A stretch of DNA of 39,320 bases, taken from sequence record SRR20825006_2439; one strand, 5' to 3'. Position 1 is the first letter of the stretch; every line of letters begins with the position of its first letter. Shown piece after piece: positions 28,772 through 38,919 of the stretch. The translations under genes and the position numbers were made by a program. The notes under the pieces are model-generated. The model did not search any database and had not been told where the DNA came from. It worked only from the letters and a program-made list of their open reading frames with translations.

Positions 28772-29650
28772 TTAGCCCTTGAGCGCACGTCCTGCAATCA
28801 CTTGAAGACGGTCGAGCAAATCCGGGTCGCGCGCCTGTGGCGCAGTAATCAACGCATAATCCAGACACGTATCCGTGCCGTTCGGATCCGACGTACGCTC
28901 CATTCCGGACAGGGCTTCAGCAAGCCGTACAACAGCCTTACGGGCCACCGCGCTGTTCTGGCCCATGATTTCCAGCACATTCGTCACCGATACCGCCTCG
29001 GTTTCTGCCCGCCAGCAATCATAATCGGTGACCATGCAAAGAATAGCGTAGGGCAACTCGGCCTCTCGGGCGAGCTTGGCTTCCGGCATCGCGGTCATGC
29101 CAATCACGTCGCAACCCCATTGCCGATAGAGTTTTGATTCCGCGAGCGAAGAGAATTGCGGTCCCTCCATGGCCAGATACGTGCCGCCGCGATGCATCTT
29201 TGATCCGACAGCCTCCGCCGCATCTGCTGCAAGCCCCGACAGGCGCGGGCAGACCGGGTAGGCCATGGAGACATGCGCCACCATGCCGGCTGCGAAGAAG
29301 GTTTTGTCGCGCGCAAAGGTGCGGTCGATAAACTGGTCTGCGGCGACGAAGTCACCGGGGGCGTATTCCTCTTTCAGGCTGCCGCAAGCCGAAATTGACA
29401 GGATGTCCGTCACACCCGCCGCCTTCAGTGCAGCAATGTTGGCGCGGTAAGGCACCTCGGTCGGCGTGATGCGGTGACCTCTTCCGTGGCGCGGCAGGAA
29501 GACCAGCTCCACCTCCCCTATCCGGCCGCGCACCAGCACGTCAGATGGCTTGCCCCAGGCAGTCTCGACCTGTTCCTCGCGGCGGTCTTCCAGGTCGTCA
29601 ATTTCGTAAAGGCCCGAGCCTCCGATAATGCCGAGGGTCCATTTGCTCAT
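28772..29650 (-). CDS. mtnP: S-methyl-5'-thioadenosine phosphorylase
   Basis: GIIGGSGLY, LPRHG, MEGPQFS, VIGMT, VTDYDCW; follows petC as in many alphaproteobacteria. Confidence 0.94.
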   Translation of the reverse strand: MSKWTLGIIGGSGLYEIDDLEDRREEQVETAWGKPSDVLVRGRIGEVELVFLPRHGRGHRITPTEVPYRANIAALKAAGVTDILSISACGSLKEEYAPGDFVAADQFIDRTFARDKTFFAAGMVAHVSMAYPVCPRLSGLAADAAEAVGSKMHRGGTYLAMEGPQFSSLAESKLYRQWGCDVIGMTAMPEAKLAREAELPYAILCMVTDYDCWRAETEAVSVTNVLEIMGQNSAVARKAVVRLAEALSGMERTSDPNGTDTCLDYALITAPQARDPDLLDRLQVIAGRALKG

Positions 29651-29662
29651 GATCTGCTCCGG

Positions 29663-29702
29663 AAAAAGAAAACCCCGCCCTTGGATCAGCCAGGGACGGG
29701 GT
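29663..29702 (-). terminator. Rho-independent terminator of petABC
   Basis: Minus strand ACCCCGTCCCTGG-loop-CCAAGGGCGGGGT followed by TTTCTTTTT. Confidence 0.8.
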
Positions 29703-29730
29703 CGTCAATTCAAGGTTCTGTCAGAACTGC

Positions 29731-30723
29731 CTAGTGCTCTACGTTGCGCCAGATGCGCTTGTAGGAGAACCAGAGCAGGATCGCGAGGATGCCAAAATAC
29801 ACCATCACGGCAAGGCCAAGCGATTTGCGGTTGGTCTGTTTCGGCTCACCTGCCCAAGCGAGGAATTGCGCAACATCATAGGCCATCTGGTCGATGGTCG
29901 CTTCGGTGCCGTCGCTATACTCGACGCGGCCCGGAACGAGCTGCGGCGGCATGGCAAGGAAGCCACCCGGAGGCGCATGGCGGGGATCGCCTTCGAATTG
30001 CGGAACCGTATCGCCCGGCATGTACGGATTGTAGTACTGGCCGGCATTCTGGATCAGGTAGCCTTCGTAATGGTCATCACCATGACCAATATGCAGCTTG
30101 GACGCGTCGATAACGGTCTGAACTTCGGCAGGCGTATCGTCGCTCGGATCATCCGGCGTGCCCCCGTCAGATGCTTCAGCGACAACGCGCTCTGAGAATA
30201 CGTCCTCGTCCGGATAGCCTGCCAGCAGGCTGTACACATAAGACGCGCCATCATGGCGGGCCTTGTAGATCACTGACAGGTCTGGTGGCACAGCGCCGCC
30301 ATTGGCCGCACGGGCCGCACTGTCATTCGCATATGGGCTGCGGAATGTGTCGGCGGGCGTCGCCGGACGGAAATCATAGTCACCGACTTCATTTGGCGTC
30401 GGGCTGAGGATTTCGTTCTGCGCGGCCAGAGCCTTCACATACGGGTTGTCGTTCGGGTTCGGATAGGCCTCGTCATAGAACGGGCCACCCGGATCGCCGA
30501 GGTTGCGGTAGCTGAGCAGCTTCATGGAGTGACAGGACGAACAGACTTCCTGGTACACCTGATAGCCACGCTGCAGCGAGGCCTGGTCGAACTGACCCGT
30601 CACGCCTTCAAAGGGCCAGCCCTCTTCCGGTTCGTGCGGGTGAGCAGCGCCGCCGGCAGCATGCGCTGACGCGGCGATCATGAGACCGGCAAGACCGGCA
30701 GTAAGAATGCGGAACGCTTTCAT
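29731..30723 (-). CDS. petC: Cytochrome c1
   Basis: Signal peptide, CSSCH heme motif, PPDLS, AMPP axial Met, C-terminal TM anchor. Alternative TTG start at 30735. Confidence 0.96.
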   Translation of the reverse strand: MKAFRILTAGLAGLMIAASAHAAGGAAHPHEPEEGWPFEGVTGQFDQASLQRGYQVYQEVCSSCHSMKLLSYRNLGDPGGPFYDEAYPNPNDNPYVKALAAQNEILSPTPNEVGDYDFRPATPADTFRSPYANDSAARAANGGAVPPDLSVIYKARHDGASYVYSLLAGYPDEDVFSERVVAEASDGGTPDDPSDDTPAEVQTVIDASKLHIGHGDDHYEGYLIQNAGQYYNPYMPGDTVPQFEGDPRHAPPGGFLAMPPQLVPGRVEYSDGTEATIDQMAYDVAQFLAWAGEPKQTNRKSLGLAVMVYFGILAILLWFSYKRIWRNVEH

Positions 30724-30741
30724 GATTTTCCCCAAAGCTCC

Positions 30742-32199
30742 CTATTCAGCCGGCACGGCCGACGCTGACGCCTTGTGGCGCTTCAGCACGGATTTATGGA
30801 TCGATTCCGGCAATTCCTTCGGCTTCTCGGTCAGACCAAGGAAGAACAGAAGAACGAAGAAGCCGAAATAACAGAAGGTCAGGATCAGCGAGAAGTGACG
30901 GAACATGAAGGTCGGAGCCGGCACAGCCGACAGAGACGGGTTCGCGTCAGCTGGCAGGCTCTCCATGAACCGTTTCGCGTCGATATAGGCTTCGCCACCA
31001 CCCTTGTATTCGCTGGTCGCTTCCTGACCATCCGCCGTATAGCTGACCACCAGTTTCGGATCACCCTGCAGCGCCGGGATGACGGCATCGTCCGGGTTGG
31101 CCGCGCCGCACCAGCCGAGCAGCAGGCAGACGGCGACAAAGCCGAAGAAGAACTGCTTGGCCACCGGACGGTAGCGCATGGACTTCACTTTCGACGTGTC
31201 GAGCCAAGGCAGGATGAACAGGACCGCGATGGCTGCGAACATGAAGATCACGCCGAGCAGCTTGGCCGGGATCGGGCCGAGATCGAACGTGATGGCGCGC
31301 AGGATGGCGTAGAATGGCAGCAGGTACCATTCTGGCACGATGTGCGCAGGCGTCACCAGCGGGTTGGCCTCGATATAGTTGTCGGCATGGCCCAGCACGT
31401 TCGGTGCGTAGAAGACGAAGACGGCAAACATGATCAGGAAGATCACGATCGCGAAGGCGTCCTTCACCGTGTAATACGGGTGGAATGGCACGGTGTCTTT
31501 CGCAACGTCCTGAACCTCAACACCGGTCGGGTTGTTGTTGCCCGGCACATGAAGCGCCCAGACGTGCAGGATGACTGCGCCGGCGATCATGAAGGGCAGC
31601 AGATAGTGCAGCGAGAAGAAGCGCTGCAGTGTCTGGTTACCAATCGATGGTCCGCCGAGGATCCAGGTCTGGAGGCTCTCGCCGATCAGCGGGATGGCAC
31701 CGAATAGCGACGTAATGACGTTTGCGCCGTGATAGGACATCTGGCCCCAAGGCAACATATAGCCGAGGAAGGCGGTGGCCATCATCAGAAGGTAGATGAC
31801 ACAGCCAAGGATCCACAGCACTTCGCGTGGCGCCTTGTAGGAGCCGTAATAGAGCCCGCGGAACATGTGAATATAGACGGCAAGGAAGAACATCGACGCG
31901 CCATTGGCGTGAATGTAGCGGAGCAGCCAGCCATACGGCACATCGCGCATGATACGCTCAACAGACGCAAACGCGCCGTCGACACTGGCCTCATAGTGCA
32001 TGGCCAGGATGATACCGGTCAGAATCTGAATCACGAGACAGACGGCAAGGATGCCGCCGAAAGTGTACCAGTAGTTCAAATTCTTCGGGGTCGGGAAATT
32101 GATCGCCGTGTCCTGGGCAAACCGGACCAGCGGCAAACGCGTATCAAGCCATTTCGTGAAGGCATTGGTCGGCGTGTAGGAGGATTCGTGTCCACTCAT
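30742..32199 (-). CDS. petB: Cytochrome b
   Basis: HANGAS, LPWGQMS, RFFSLHY, PEWY motifs. Confidence 0.98.
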   Translation of the reverse strand: MSGHESSYTPTNAFTKWLDTRLPLVRFAQDTAINFPTPKNLNYWYTFGGILAVCLVIQILTGIILAMHYEASVDGAFASVERIMRDVPYGWLLRYIHANGASMFFLAVYIHMFRGLYYGSYKAPREVLWILGCVIYLLMMATAFLGYMLPWGQMSYHGANVITSLFGAIPLIGESLQTWILGGPSIGNQTLQRFFSLHYLLPFMIAGAVILHVWALHVPGNNNPTGVEVQDVAKDTVPFHPYYTVKDAFAIVIFLIMFAVFVFYAPNVLGHADNYIEANPLVTPAHIVPEWYLLPFYAILRAITFDLGPIPAKLLGVIFMFAAIAVLFILPWLDTSKVKSMRYRPVAKQFFFGFVAVCLLLGWCGAANPDDAVIPALQGDPKLVVSYTADGQEATSEYKGGGEAYIDAKRFMESLPADANPSLSAVPAPTFMFRHFSLILTFCYFGFFVLLFFLGLTEKPKELPESIHKSVLKRHKASASAVPAE

Positions 32200-32215
32200 C
32201 TGCGGTATCCTTCCC

Positions 32216-32788
32216 TTAAAGCGAAATGTTGATCACGGAGTCGGACACGTAATTGTAGTCCGGAACCGGGAGGTTTGTGGGGGCCGGGCCTTTGCGGATG
32301 CGGCCAGACGTATCGTAGTGCGAGCCGTGGCATGGGCAGTACCAGCCACCGAAATCGCCTGTATTGCCTTGCGCCGGACCAACCGGAACACAGCCAAGGT
32401 GGGTACAAGAGCCCGAGGTGACCAGAATGGCCGGGTTCAACGACCCGTCAGCCTTGGGACGCAGACGCGCATCATCGGTCTCGGGATCGCGCAATGTCGC
32501 GACATTCACCGAATCGGCCGCAGCAATCTCAGCCGCTGTGCGGTGGCGCACGAAGAACGGCTTGCCGCCGATCAGGACGCGGATCTCGCCGCCCAGAGGG
32601 ATTTTGGACACATCGACATCCAGCGCCGAAGCGGCCTTTGTGTCAGCGGCCGGGTTCCACTGGTCAACAGCGGCCCAGGCAAACATGGCAGCGCCGCCAA
32701 AGGCGACCGCTCCAGTGGCGATGTGAATGAAATTGCGGCGATCGTCGTCGATCATCTCGCCGTGTTCGTGTGCAGGTGTGTCAGTCAC
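32216..32788 (-). CDS. petA: Ubiquinol-cytochrome c reductase Rieske subunit
   Basis: Tat RRNF, CTHLGC and CPCHGS boxes. Confidence 0.97.
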   Translation of the reverse strand: MTDTPAHEHGEMIDDDRRNFIHIATGAVAFGGAAMFAWAAVDQWNPAADTKAASALDVDVSKIPLGGEIRVLIGGKPFFVRHRTAAEIAAADSVNVATLRDPETDDARLRPKADGSLNPAILVTSGSCTHLGCVPVGPAQGNTGDFGGWYCPCHGSHYDTSGRIRKGPAPTNLPVPDYNYVSDSVINISL

Positions 32789-32976
32789 GCTTATCCCGTC
32801 CCTTGCGAAGGCAGAAATCTGGGCCCGTCATACAGGAGCCCGCCCCCTTGCACATTGCGGCAAGTGGGCGCGGGTGCCTCCCCATAAACTACTATTGGCA
32901 GCGCGTTATCCTGACTTGGCGCCTGTGACAACAGGGCGCTTGCAAGTGTCGCAGTCCTCGCCCCATGTGTCGCGCC

Positions 32977-33861
32977 ATGACAGATGGTGATCTCGAAACG
33001 AAGAAGACTCGCGCACGCGACTGGTTCAGGGTGTTGCAGGAAGACATCTGCGCGCGGTTCGAAGCGCTGGAAAATGCGGCGGAACGCCCCCTTTATTCAG
33101 GCGAACCGGGACGGTTCGAACTGACCGAGTGGAAACGCGGCGATGGCAGCGAAGACCTGGGCGGCGGCCGTATGGGCCTGATGCGCGGCAAAGTGTTCGA
33201 AAAAGTCGGGGTCCACTTCTCCGAAGTCCACGGCACATTCTCTGAAGCCTTCGCTGCCCAAATCCCCGGCGCGGACAAGTCAGATGGCCGATTCTGGGCC
33301 TCGGGCATTTCGCTGATCGCGCATCCGCGCAATCCGAAAGTGCCCGCCGCGCACATGAATACCCGCATGCTGGTGACCAGCCAGTCCTGGTTCGGCGGCG
33401 GCGGAGATCTCAATCCCCTGCTCGATTACCAGCGCGATCAAGACTTCGAAGACACGGTCGATTTCCACGCCGCCATGAAATCCGCCTGCGACACGCATCC
33501 GGGCGCCGATTTCACGCAGATGAAAGAGACCTGCGACACCTATTTCCATCTCGCTCACCGGGATGAGCCACGCGGCACGGGCGGCATTTTCTATGACCGC
33601 TTCAATTCGGGCGACTGGGACGCCGATTTCGCCTTCACACAGGAAGTCGGCAAGCAATTCGCGGAGATCTACCCGAAACTGGTCGCCCGGCGCATGAACC
33701 AGACTTGGAGCGAAGCCCAACGCGAGGAACAGCTGATCCAGCGCGGCCGCTATGTGGAGTTCAACCTGCTCTACGACCGCGGCACGACCTTCGGCCTGAA
33801 GACCGGCGGCAACGTGACGAGCATCCTCTCCTCCATGCCCCCTGTCGTGAAGTGGCCGTGA
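32977..33861 (+). CDS. hemF: Oxygen-dependent coproporphyrinogen III oxidase
   Basis: [41 protein letters not shown]. Confidence 0.97.
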   Translation: MTDGDLETKKTRARDWFRVLQEDICARFEALENAAERPLYSGEPGRFELTEWKRGDGSEDLGGGRMGLMRGKVFEKVGVHFSEVHGTFSEAFAAQIPGADKSDGRFWASGISLIAHPRNPKVPAAHMNTRMLVTSQSWFGGGGDLNPLLDYQRDQDFEDTVDFHAAMKSACDTHPGADFTQMKETCDTYFHLAHRDEPRGTGGIFYDRFNSGDWDADFAFTQEVGKQFAEIYPKLVARRMNQTWSEAQREEQLIQRGRYVEFNLLYDRGTTFGLKTGGNVTSILSSMPPVVKWP

Positions 33862-33865
33862 GGCC

Positions 33866-34450
33866 CTAGTCTGTCGCGCAATAATGTGCGTCGCCATCCG
33901 GCATTTCAATCGAGACTTTCCGCTCCTTCACAAGGGTGAAATATTCCTCATCCTGTGCCGGGCGCAGATAGATGGCGACACGGGGGTCCTTGAAGGGATT
34001 GGCACCCGGCTTCAGGCAGGGCCTCGTGGTGACGCTGACGGACAGGCTTTTCTGACCGGGTGCCTCCTTGAGGCTCAGCATATGCGCGCGGAAATCGTCC
34101 ATGCGCGGCGCGTCCTTTGGGTGGATATGCAGCCGATGGATCATGAACCCTGCCTTTGCGCGCTTGTTCAGGAAACGGGTTGGCGCGTCCGGCACGGGGA
34201 CAAGGTGGAACAGCTCTTCCCGGGTCTTGTTCCCCTCTTCCTGCCAGACTGACAAAACGAGCGTTGCTGCGTCCTCAGGCAAGTCGTAGTCATCCGGCGC
34301 GCGCACAGCGACCTCGACTTGGCTGGCATCCATGGTCGTCGGATCCAGCGCAGCGAGTTTCGGCAGGCTGGTCACCGGCACGCTTGCGCAGGCCATGGGC
34401 AGAAAAACACCTGCGCCGATGACGAAAATCCTTGCGATAATGGCGAACAT
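33866..34450 (-). CDS. Hypothetical lipoprotein
   Basis: Signal-like N-terminus ending MAC, followed by ASVPVTSL; divergent from the DUF2975 operon. Confidence 0.72.
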   Translation of the reverse strand: MFAIIARIFVIGAGVFLPMACASVPVTSLPKLAALDPTTMDASQVEVAVRAPDDYDLPEDAATLVLSVWQEEGNKTREELFHLVPVPDAPTRFLNKRAKAGFMIHRLHIHPKDAPRMDDFRAHMLSLKEAPGQKSLSVSVTTRPCLKPGANPFKDPRVAIYLRPAQDEEYFTLVKERKVSIEMPDGDAHYCATD

Positions 34451-34474
34451 GCAGATACCCTTCTTTCAATAACT

Positions 34475-34495
34475 AATTCACGTAAAACATGAATT
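34475..34495. promoter_or_regulatory. AT-rich palindromic operator candidate
   Basis: AATTCACGT-AAA-ACATGAATT (8 of 9 positions inverted) in the 66-bp divergent gap before the DUF2975/HTH operon. Confidence 0.55.
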
Positions 34496-34516
34496 TTTAA
34501 TTGGCAAGGACGAATA

Positions 34517-35065
34517 ATGAACACTCCCACACTCCTGCCTGACCGGACACGCCTCGTCTGCCGCGTCTTGAAATGGCTCGCACTCCTCATCCTCGTCCTG
34601 ATGGTGGCAGCCTATTTCCTGCTGGACGTTTCATCCACCATCCTGGATTCGGCCTGGGAGGGCCTTCAGCCGCATGTCCGGGAGGACGTCTCTTATTCCG
34701 GGGGAAAGAAACTGCTCCTGCATGTCCTGGCAGCGATCGGCTATTTCAGCCTCACCCTGATCGTCATCGGCGCTGCGCGTGTCTTCAGCGTGTTCCAGAA
34801 AGGCGTGGTATTTGCGCCCGCCGCTGTCCGGGCAGTGCGCTTCCTGGGCCTGACCATTTTCCTGTTTGCTGCCGTGCAACTGATCCTGCCTACGCTGATG
34901 GTGCTCGGCCTGACCTATGACAATGGACCGGGTAACCGGGCACTCACACTTGGAATCAATTCCAATACCGTCATCTTGTTGATGATTGGCGCGGTGATTC
35001 TGGTAATCGGTCAGATCCTGACTCAGGCGACCGACATCGCCCATGAAAACGAGCAGTTCATCTGA
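34517..35065 (+). CDS. DUF2975-family membrane protein
   Basis: Four TMs, C-terminal ENEQFI typical of DUF2975; TGATG coupling to the HTH gene. Confidence 0.85.
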   Translation: MNTPTLLPDRTRLVCRVLKWLALLILVLMVAAYFLLDVSSTILDSAWEGLQPHVREDVSYSGGKKLLLHVLAAIGYFSLTLIVIGAARVFSVFQKGVVFAPAAVRAVRFLGLTIFLFAAVQLILPTLMVLGLTYDNGPGNRALTLGINSNTVILLMIGAVILVIGQILTQATDIAHENEQFI

Positions 35066-35271
35066 TGGCCATCATAGTCCGCCTCGATGTGATGCTTGCC
35101 TTGCGCAAGATGAAGTCCAAAGAACTGGCCGCGGCAATCGGCATTTCCGAGCAGAACCTGTCGCAGCTACGACAGGGACACGTCAAAGGCGTACGGTTCG
35201 AGACGCTGGACAAGATCTGCGCCGCGCTGGACTGCAAGCCGGGCGATATACTGGACCGGGACGAGGACTAG
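35065..35271 (+). CDS. YozG-like Cro/CI HTH regulator
   Basis: MAIIVRLDVMLA...ELAAAIGIS..NLS...GVRFETL..IC..LDC.PGDIL. Confidence 0.93.
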   Translation: MAIIVRLDVMLALRKMKSKELAAAIGISEQNLSQLRQGHVKGVRFETLDKICAALDCKPGDILDRDED

Positions 35272-35393
35272 TCGCGAAATCCCGTCCGGATTTTGGGCAC
35301 CGACGGAAAAAAGCGATGACGATCAGAGCATTGTGGCTCGAATTAACGTTTCGGAAATGACGAAAACTTCATTCGAAGGTATAAGCGTGGTCG

Positions 35394-35882
35394 ATGGTCA
35401 CCAGTGCGAAAGCCTTTCCCTGGGGGGCAGGGATACTGCTCCTGCTAGCGACGGTGACAGCCGCCGCAGCAGGAGCAGTGATTTCGGGCGGCAGTTCCGA
35501 CCCCTGGTACGCTGCGCTCAGCAAACCTTTCCTCACCCCACCAGACGTCATGTTTGCCCTTGTCTGGCCAATTCTGTTCGTACTGATGGCGGCAGGCGCC
35601 CTGCTGGTGCTGGACCGGGCCGGTTCATTTGAACGTGCCGTCAGCCCGCTCGGCCTGTACTATTCGATGCTGGTGTTCAATGCGGGCTGGAGCCTTGCAT
35701 TCTTTGGCATGAACGAGGTCGCGCTGGCGCTCGGCATTCTGGTGGCGCTTTGGCTGTTGATCGTGGCCATGATGCAGGACTTCTGGCGCTATTCGCACCT
35801 CGCCGCCTTGCTACAAATCCCCTATCTGGTCTGGATCAGTTTCGCCGGATACCTCAACGCGTACATCCTGTTCACGAATTGA
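35394..35882 (+). CDS. tspO: TspO/MBR tryptophan-rich sensory protein
   Basis: WYAALSKPFLTPP..F..VW, NAGWS..FF, PYLVWISFA..LN. Confidence 0.92.
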   Translation: MVTSAKAFPWGAGILLLLATVTAAAAGAVISGGSSDPWYAALSKPFLTPPDVMFALVWPILFVLMAAGALLVLDRAGSFERAVSPLGLYYSMLVFNAGWSLAFFGMNEVALALGILVALWLLIVAMMQDFWRYSHLAALLQIPYLVWISFAGYLNAYILFTN

Positions 35883-37083
35883 GGCGCGCGACCAATTCGT
35901 CTCGAGTCAGACTGAAATCCGACGCCACCCAGCTCTGCTCCAATGTGCGCAGGACTGCGCCGACATCCGGACCGCTAAGCCCTGCTGCAAGGGCATCTGC
36001 GCCGCCCAGCGGAAAGTCCGGCTTCTGCCAGTCGACTGCCGCTGCCTTGATCGTCGTCAGGGCATCCGCTCCAGAAACCTGCGCGGCCTCAATCAAGGCG
36101 CGGTCCAGCACCGCACGTGGGCCAAACTGGTAAAACAGACGACGCAGCGCGTCCGGTTGGACGCCAAGAACATGAGTTAGCGCAGGGTCGGCCCACTCGG
36201 CCAGTCGGCTGGCCTCGGCATTGGATAGCCGCAGATGCGCCGTGACACTGGTCACATCGCGGGCGCGGCGGGGAATCATGGCTATCAAGCGTTGCAATGG
36301 ATCTGGCGCAAGGCCGGCCCCCTGCTCCACCGAAACAAGAGATGGTATTTCCGATGCGTTCGCGCCCGGCAGCACAGCTCCCAGCACGCCCGTCTCTTCC
36401 ATGGCCAGCATGGCTTCGGACGGATCGGGCGCTTCCATCAGGCGTTTCAATTCCTTCCATATCCGCTCGGAAGCAATCTTTGCGAGTCCATCCTTTTGCC
36501 GCTCACATGCAGCAAGACCCTCCGCATCCATGCCCGCGCCATACCAGGCATTAAAGCGGAAGAAGCGCAGGATGCGCAGATAGTCCTCGCGCAGGCGCTG
36601 GTCTGCGTCGCCAATGAAGATCACCCGCCCATCAATGGCATCCTGCACCGAGTTCGGCACGATCTCATGCAGGCGGCCATCGGCGGCGGCGTAGATAGCA
36701 TTGAGCCGGAAATCACGGCGCTCGGCATCCTCGGCCCAATCCTCGGTGAAAGCGACCACGGCGCGGCGGCCATCGGTCTCGACATCGCGGCGCAGGCTGG
36801 TGATCTCGTAGGGGCGGCCGTCATAGATGGCAGTGACGGTGCCATGCTCCAGCCCGGTCGGGATCGCGCGAATGCCGGCCGCTTCCAGCGCCGCAAGCGT
36901 TTCATCGGGTTTCAACTGGGTGGCGATGTCTATGTCATCGACCGGCATGCCGCGCAGTTCGTTGCGCACACAGCCGCCGACGAAGCGCGCGCCACCAGGA
37001 CGCGCCACTTCCAGCGCAGCCATCACGGCGCGTGTGCCCGGCCAGTCCAGCCAGGGCGCGGTCGTCAGGTCAGTCCGTGTCAT
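35872..37083 (-). CDS. cca: CCA tRNA nucleotidyltransferase
   Basis: VGGCVRN, DIDIAT, RRDFRLNA, EDYLRILRFFRF, ERI; ATG 37083. Confidence 0.92.
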   Translation of the reverse strand: MTRTDLTTAPWLDWPGTRAVMAALEVARPGGARFVGGCVRNELRGMPVDDIDIATQLKPDETLAALEAAGIRAIPTGLEHGTVTAIYDGRPYEITSLRRDVETDGRRAVVAFTEDWAEDAERRDFRLNAIYAAADGRLHEIVPNSVQDAIDGRVIFIGDADQRLREDYLRILRFFRFNAWYGAGMDAEGLAACERQKDGLAKIASERIWKELKRLMEAPDPSEAMLAMEETGVLGAVLPGANASEIPSLVSVEQGAGLAPDPLQRLIAMIPRRARDVTSVTAHLRLSNAEASRLAEWADPALTHVLGVQPDALRRLFYQFGPRAVLDRALIEAAQVSGADALTTIKAAAVDWQKPDFPLGGADALAAGLSGPDVGAVLRTLEQSWVASDFSLTRDELVARLNS

Positions 37084-37555
37084 CGTCCGGCCGCACGATC
37101 TCCGGTGTGTCGGCATCGGGGTCCGGGGCCAGGATCACCGGCTCTTCCTCCCGGCGCGCGGCATCTTCGGTATCCGGCGCCGTTGCGCGGATCTCGCCGG
37201 CATCATGGATATCCGTGCCGGGCCCGGTCGCGCCCCGCGCAGAACGGACGCTGTCGCGTTCACGGGGAACGCCGACATTGGTCACATCATGTTCGCATGG
37301 ATAATCGCGGGCCGGGATCAGCTTGCCATTCTCCATACGGGCCGGCTCGTGGCAGATGTCGCGTTCTTTCGGCTCCATCAGGATCAGAACGAACCAGGCC
37401 ACGGTCGCAAGGCCAATGCCGCACAGGAACAGGATATTGATGGGCCATTTGCGTTTGCCCTCCTGTTCTGCATTCGACGTTGCCAGCAGGTAGAGCCCGA
37501 ACACGATGAACGGGATCGAGAAGATGAATAGCTCAAAGACGATGCGTCCGGCCAA
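37070..37555 (-). CDS. DUF6111-like membrane protein with extended acidic tail
   Basis: Two TMs and a PARMENGKLIP motif; sits between the Nudix gene and cca; TTG start. Confidence 0.7.
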   Translation of the reverse strand: MAGRIVFELFIFSIPFIVFGLYLLATSNAEQEGKRKWPINILFLCGIGLATVAWFVLILMEPKERDICHEPARMENGKLIPARDYPCEHDVTNVGVPRERDSVRSARGATGPGTDIHDAGEIRATAPDTEDAARREEEPVILAPDPDADTPEIVRPDDDTD

Positions 37556-37630
37556 GGTGTCGTTCCCTCCGATTGTTTCACCTTAGATAAGGCGTGGATG
37601 GATTGAACAAACCCCTAAAACCGGGTCGGA

Positions 37631-38251
37631 TCAATCGTCGTACAGTGTATGATACAGTTTCCGTATAATCCCGGCGGTCACGCCCCAGATGCGAAAGCCG
37701 CCATGCGGCATCTCGTAAAATTGCCGTTCCTTGCCCTTGTAGACGGCTCGGCCGACCTGATGGTTGGCGATATTCATCAGGAAATCGATGGGCGTTTCGA
37801 ACACGTCCGCAACTTCGGTCGGGTCGGGTTTGGGCTCGAAATCGGCGGGCAGAATCCCCACGACCGGCGTGATGCGAAACATGGTGCCGGTGACATAGGG
37901 CGCGCCGCGACCCAGAACCTCCACCTCTGCCGGGTTCACGCCGACTTCTTCCTCAGCCTCGCGCAGGGCGGCGGCGACTTCGTCCACGTCGATCGGATCG
38001 ATCTTGCCGCCCGGAAAGGCAACCTGTCCGGCATGATTGGCCATCGTGTCCGGGCGCAGGGTGAGCAGCGCGGTCGGACCGGATTTGCGCGGGATGACAC
38101 CAAACAGCACCGCCGCCGGGCGGATTACCGCCAGTTCTTCTGGCGTCAGGAAGTCGAGGTCGCCATATTCGGTCAGCCGCCCTTCGCCATGGGGCGGGTC
38201 AAGCCGGTCTGAGACCCGCGTCAGGAAATCGTCCAGCCCGTTCCAGCTCAT
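37631..38251 (-). CDS. CoA pyrophosphatase (Nudix, NudL-like)
   Basis: AAVL...HAGQVAFPGG, ALREAEEEVG Nudix box, IWGVTA. Confidence 0.92.
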   Translation of the reverse strand: MSWNGLDDFLTRVSDRLDPPHGEGRLTEYGDLDFLTPEELAVIRPAAVLFGVIPRKSGPTALLTLRPDTMANHAGQVAFPGGKIDPIDVDEVAAALREAEEEVGVNPAEVEVLGRGAPYVTGTMFRITPVVGILPADFEPKPDPTEVADVFETPIDFLMNIANHQVGRAVYKGKERQFYEMPHGGFRIWGVTAGIIRKLYHTLYDD

Positions 38252-38257
38252 GCCGGA

Positions 38258-38860
38258 TCAGGCCGCCGGTCCGAGAGGAAAGAAGACACCCTGGCTCCAC
38301 ACGCCCAGCATATCTGATCCGTCGGGTGCAGGTTCTGCCATATTGGCCAGTTCGTAGAAGACCGGCCGGGCAAGTTTGGCTTCGAGCTGTCCGCGCACCA
38401 ATACATAGGGGGAAGGCTCTCCGGTCTCGGGATCGGTCTCGACGCGCAGCGGCGCGTCCGGCCCTGCCAGCGTCACATCGCCCAGATTTGTGACGAAGGC
38501 CAGTGTCTGTTGCGGTCCGGCCTCGCCCGCCCGCTCGACGCGCACAGCAAGGAAAGGCGCATCGGCCACATGCACGATCACTTTTTCGTAGGGCGTGACG
38601 AGCCAGACCGAACCGTCCTCATCCTTGCGCAGGATGCGCGAGAACAGCTTCACCAGTCGCTCGCGATTAATTGGGTCGCCTTCATGCCACCAACTGCCAT
38701 CCGCGCGGATTTCCATGCTGATGTCAGCTGAGCGCTCAGGATTCCACAGATGAACCGGCGGCAGTTTGCCATCTACCTTGCCATCGGGAAGGATCGCTTT
38801 AAGCGTCTCTTCGAGACTGATTGTGGTTGTGGCACTGGAATTCACGTTTTGCTCCGCCAT
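38258..38860 (-). CDS. DUF1285 family protein
   Basis: PPVHLWNP, GSWWHEG.PI.R..LVKLFS.IL, VTPYEK, PYV.VR..LEA.L.R. Confidence 0.9.
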   Translation of the reverse strand: MAEQNVNSSATTTISLEETLKAILPDGKVDGKLPPVHLWNPERSADISMEIRADGSWWHEGDPINRERLVKLFSRILRKDEDGSVWLVTPYEKVIVHVADAPFLAVRVERAGEAGPQQTLAFVTNLGDVTLAGPDAPLRVETDPETGEPSPYVLVRGQLEAKLARPVFYELANMAEPAPDGSDMLGVWSQGVFFPLGPAA

Positions 38861-38919
38861 GATCCGGCCTTAGACATAGGTTTGTTTATTCAGATCGAAA
38901 ACCCGGAGGCGCCCTTTTG

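Noticed and set aside
35282-35358. Hairpin plus A-run and TTAA half-site upstream of tspO
   Set aside because: The A-run is on the wrong side for a terminator, and the CtrA match has two mismatches in the second half-site.
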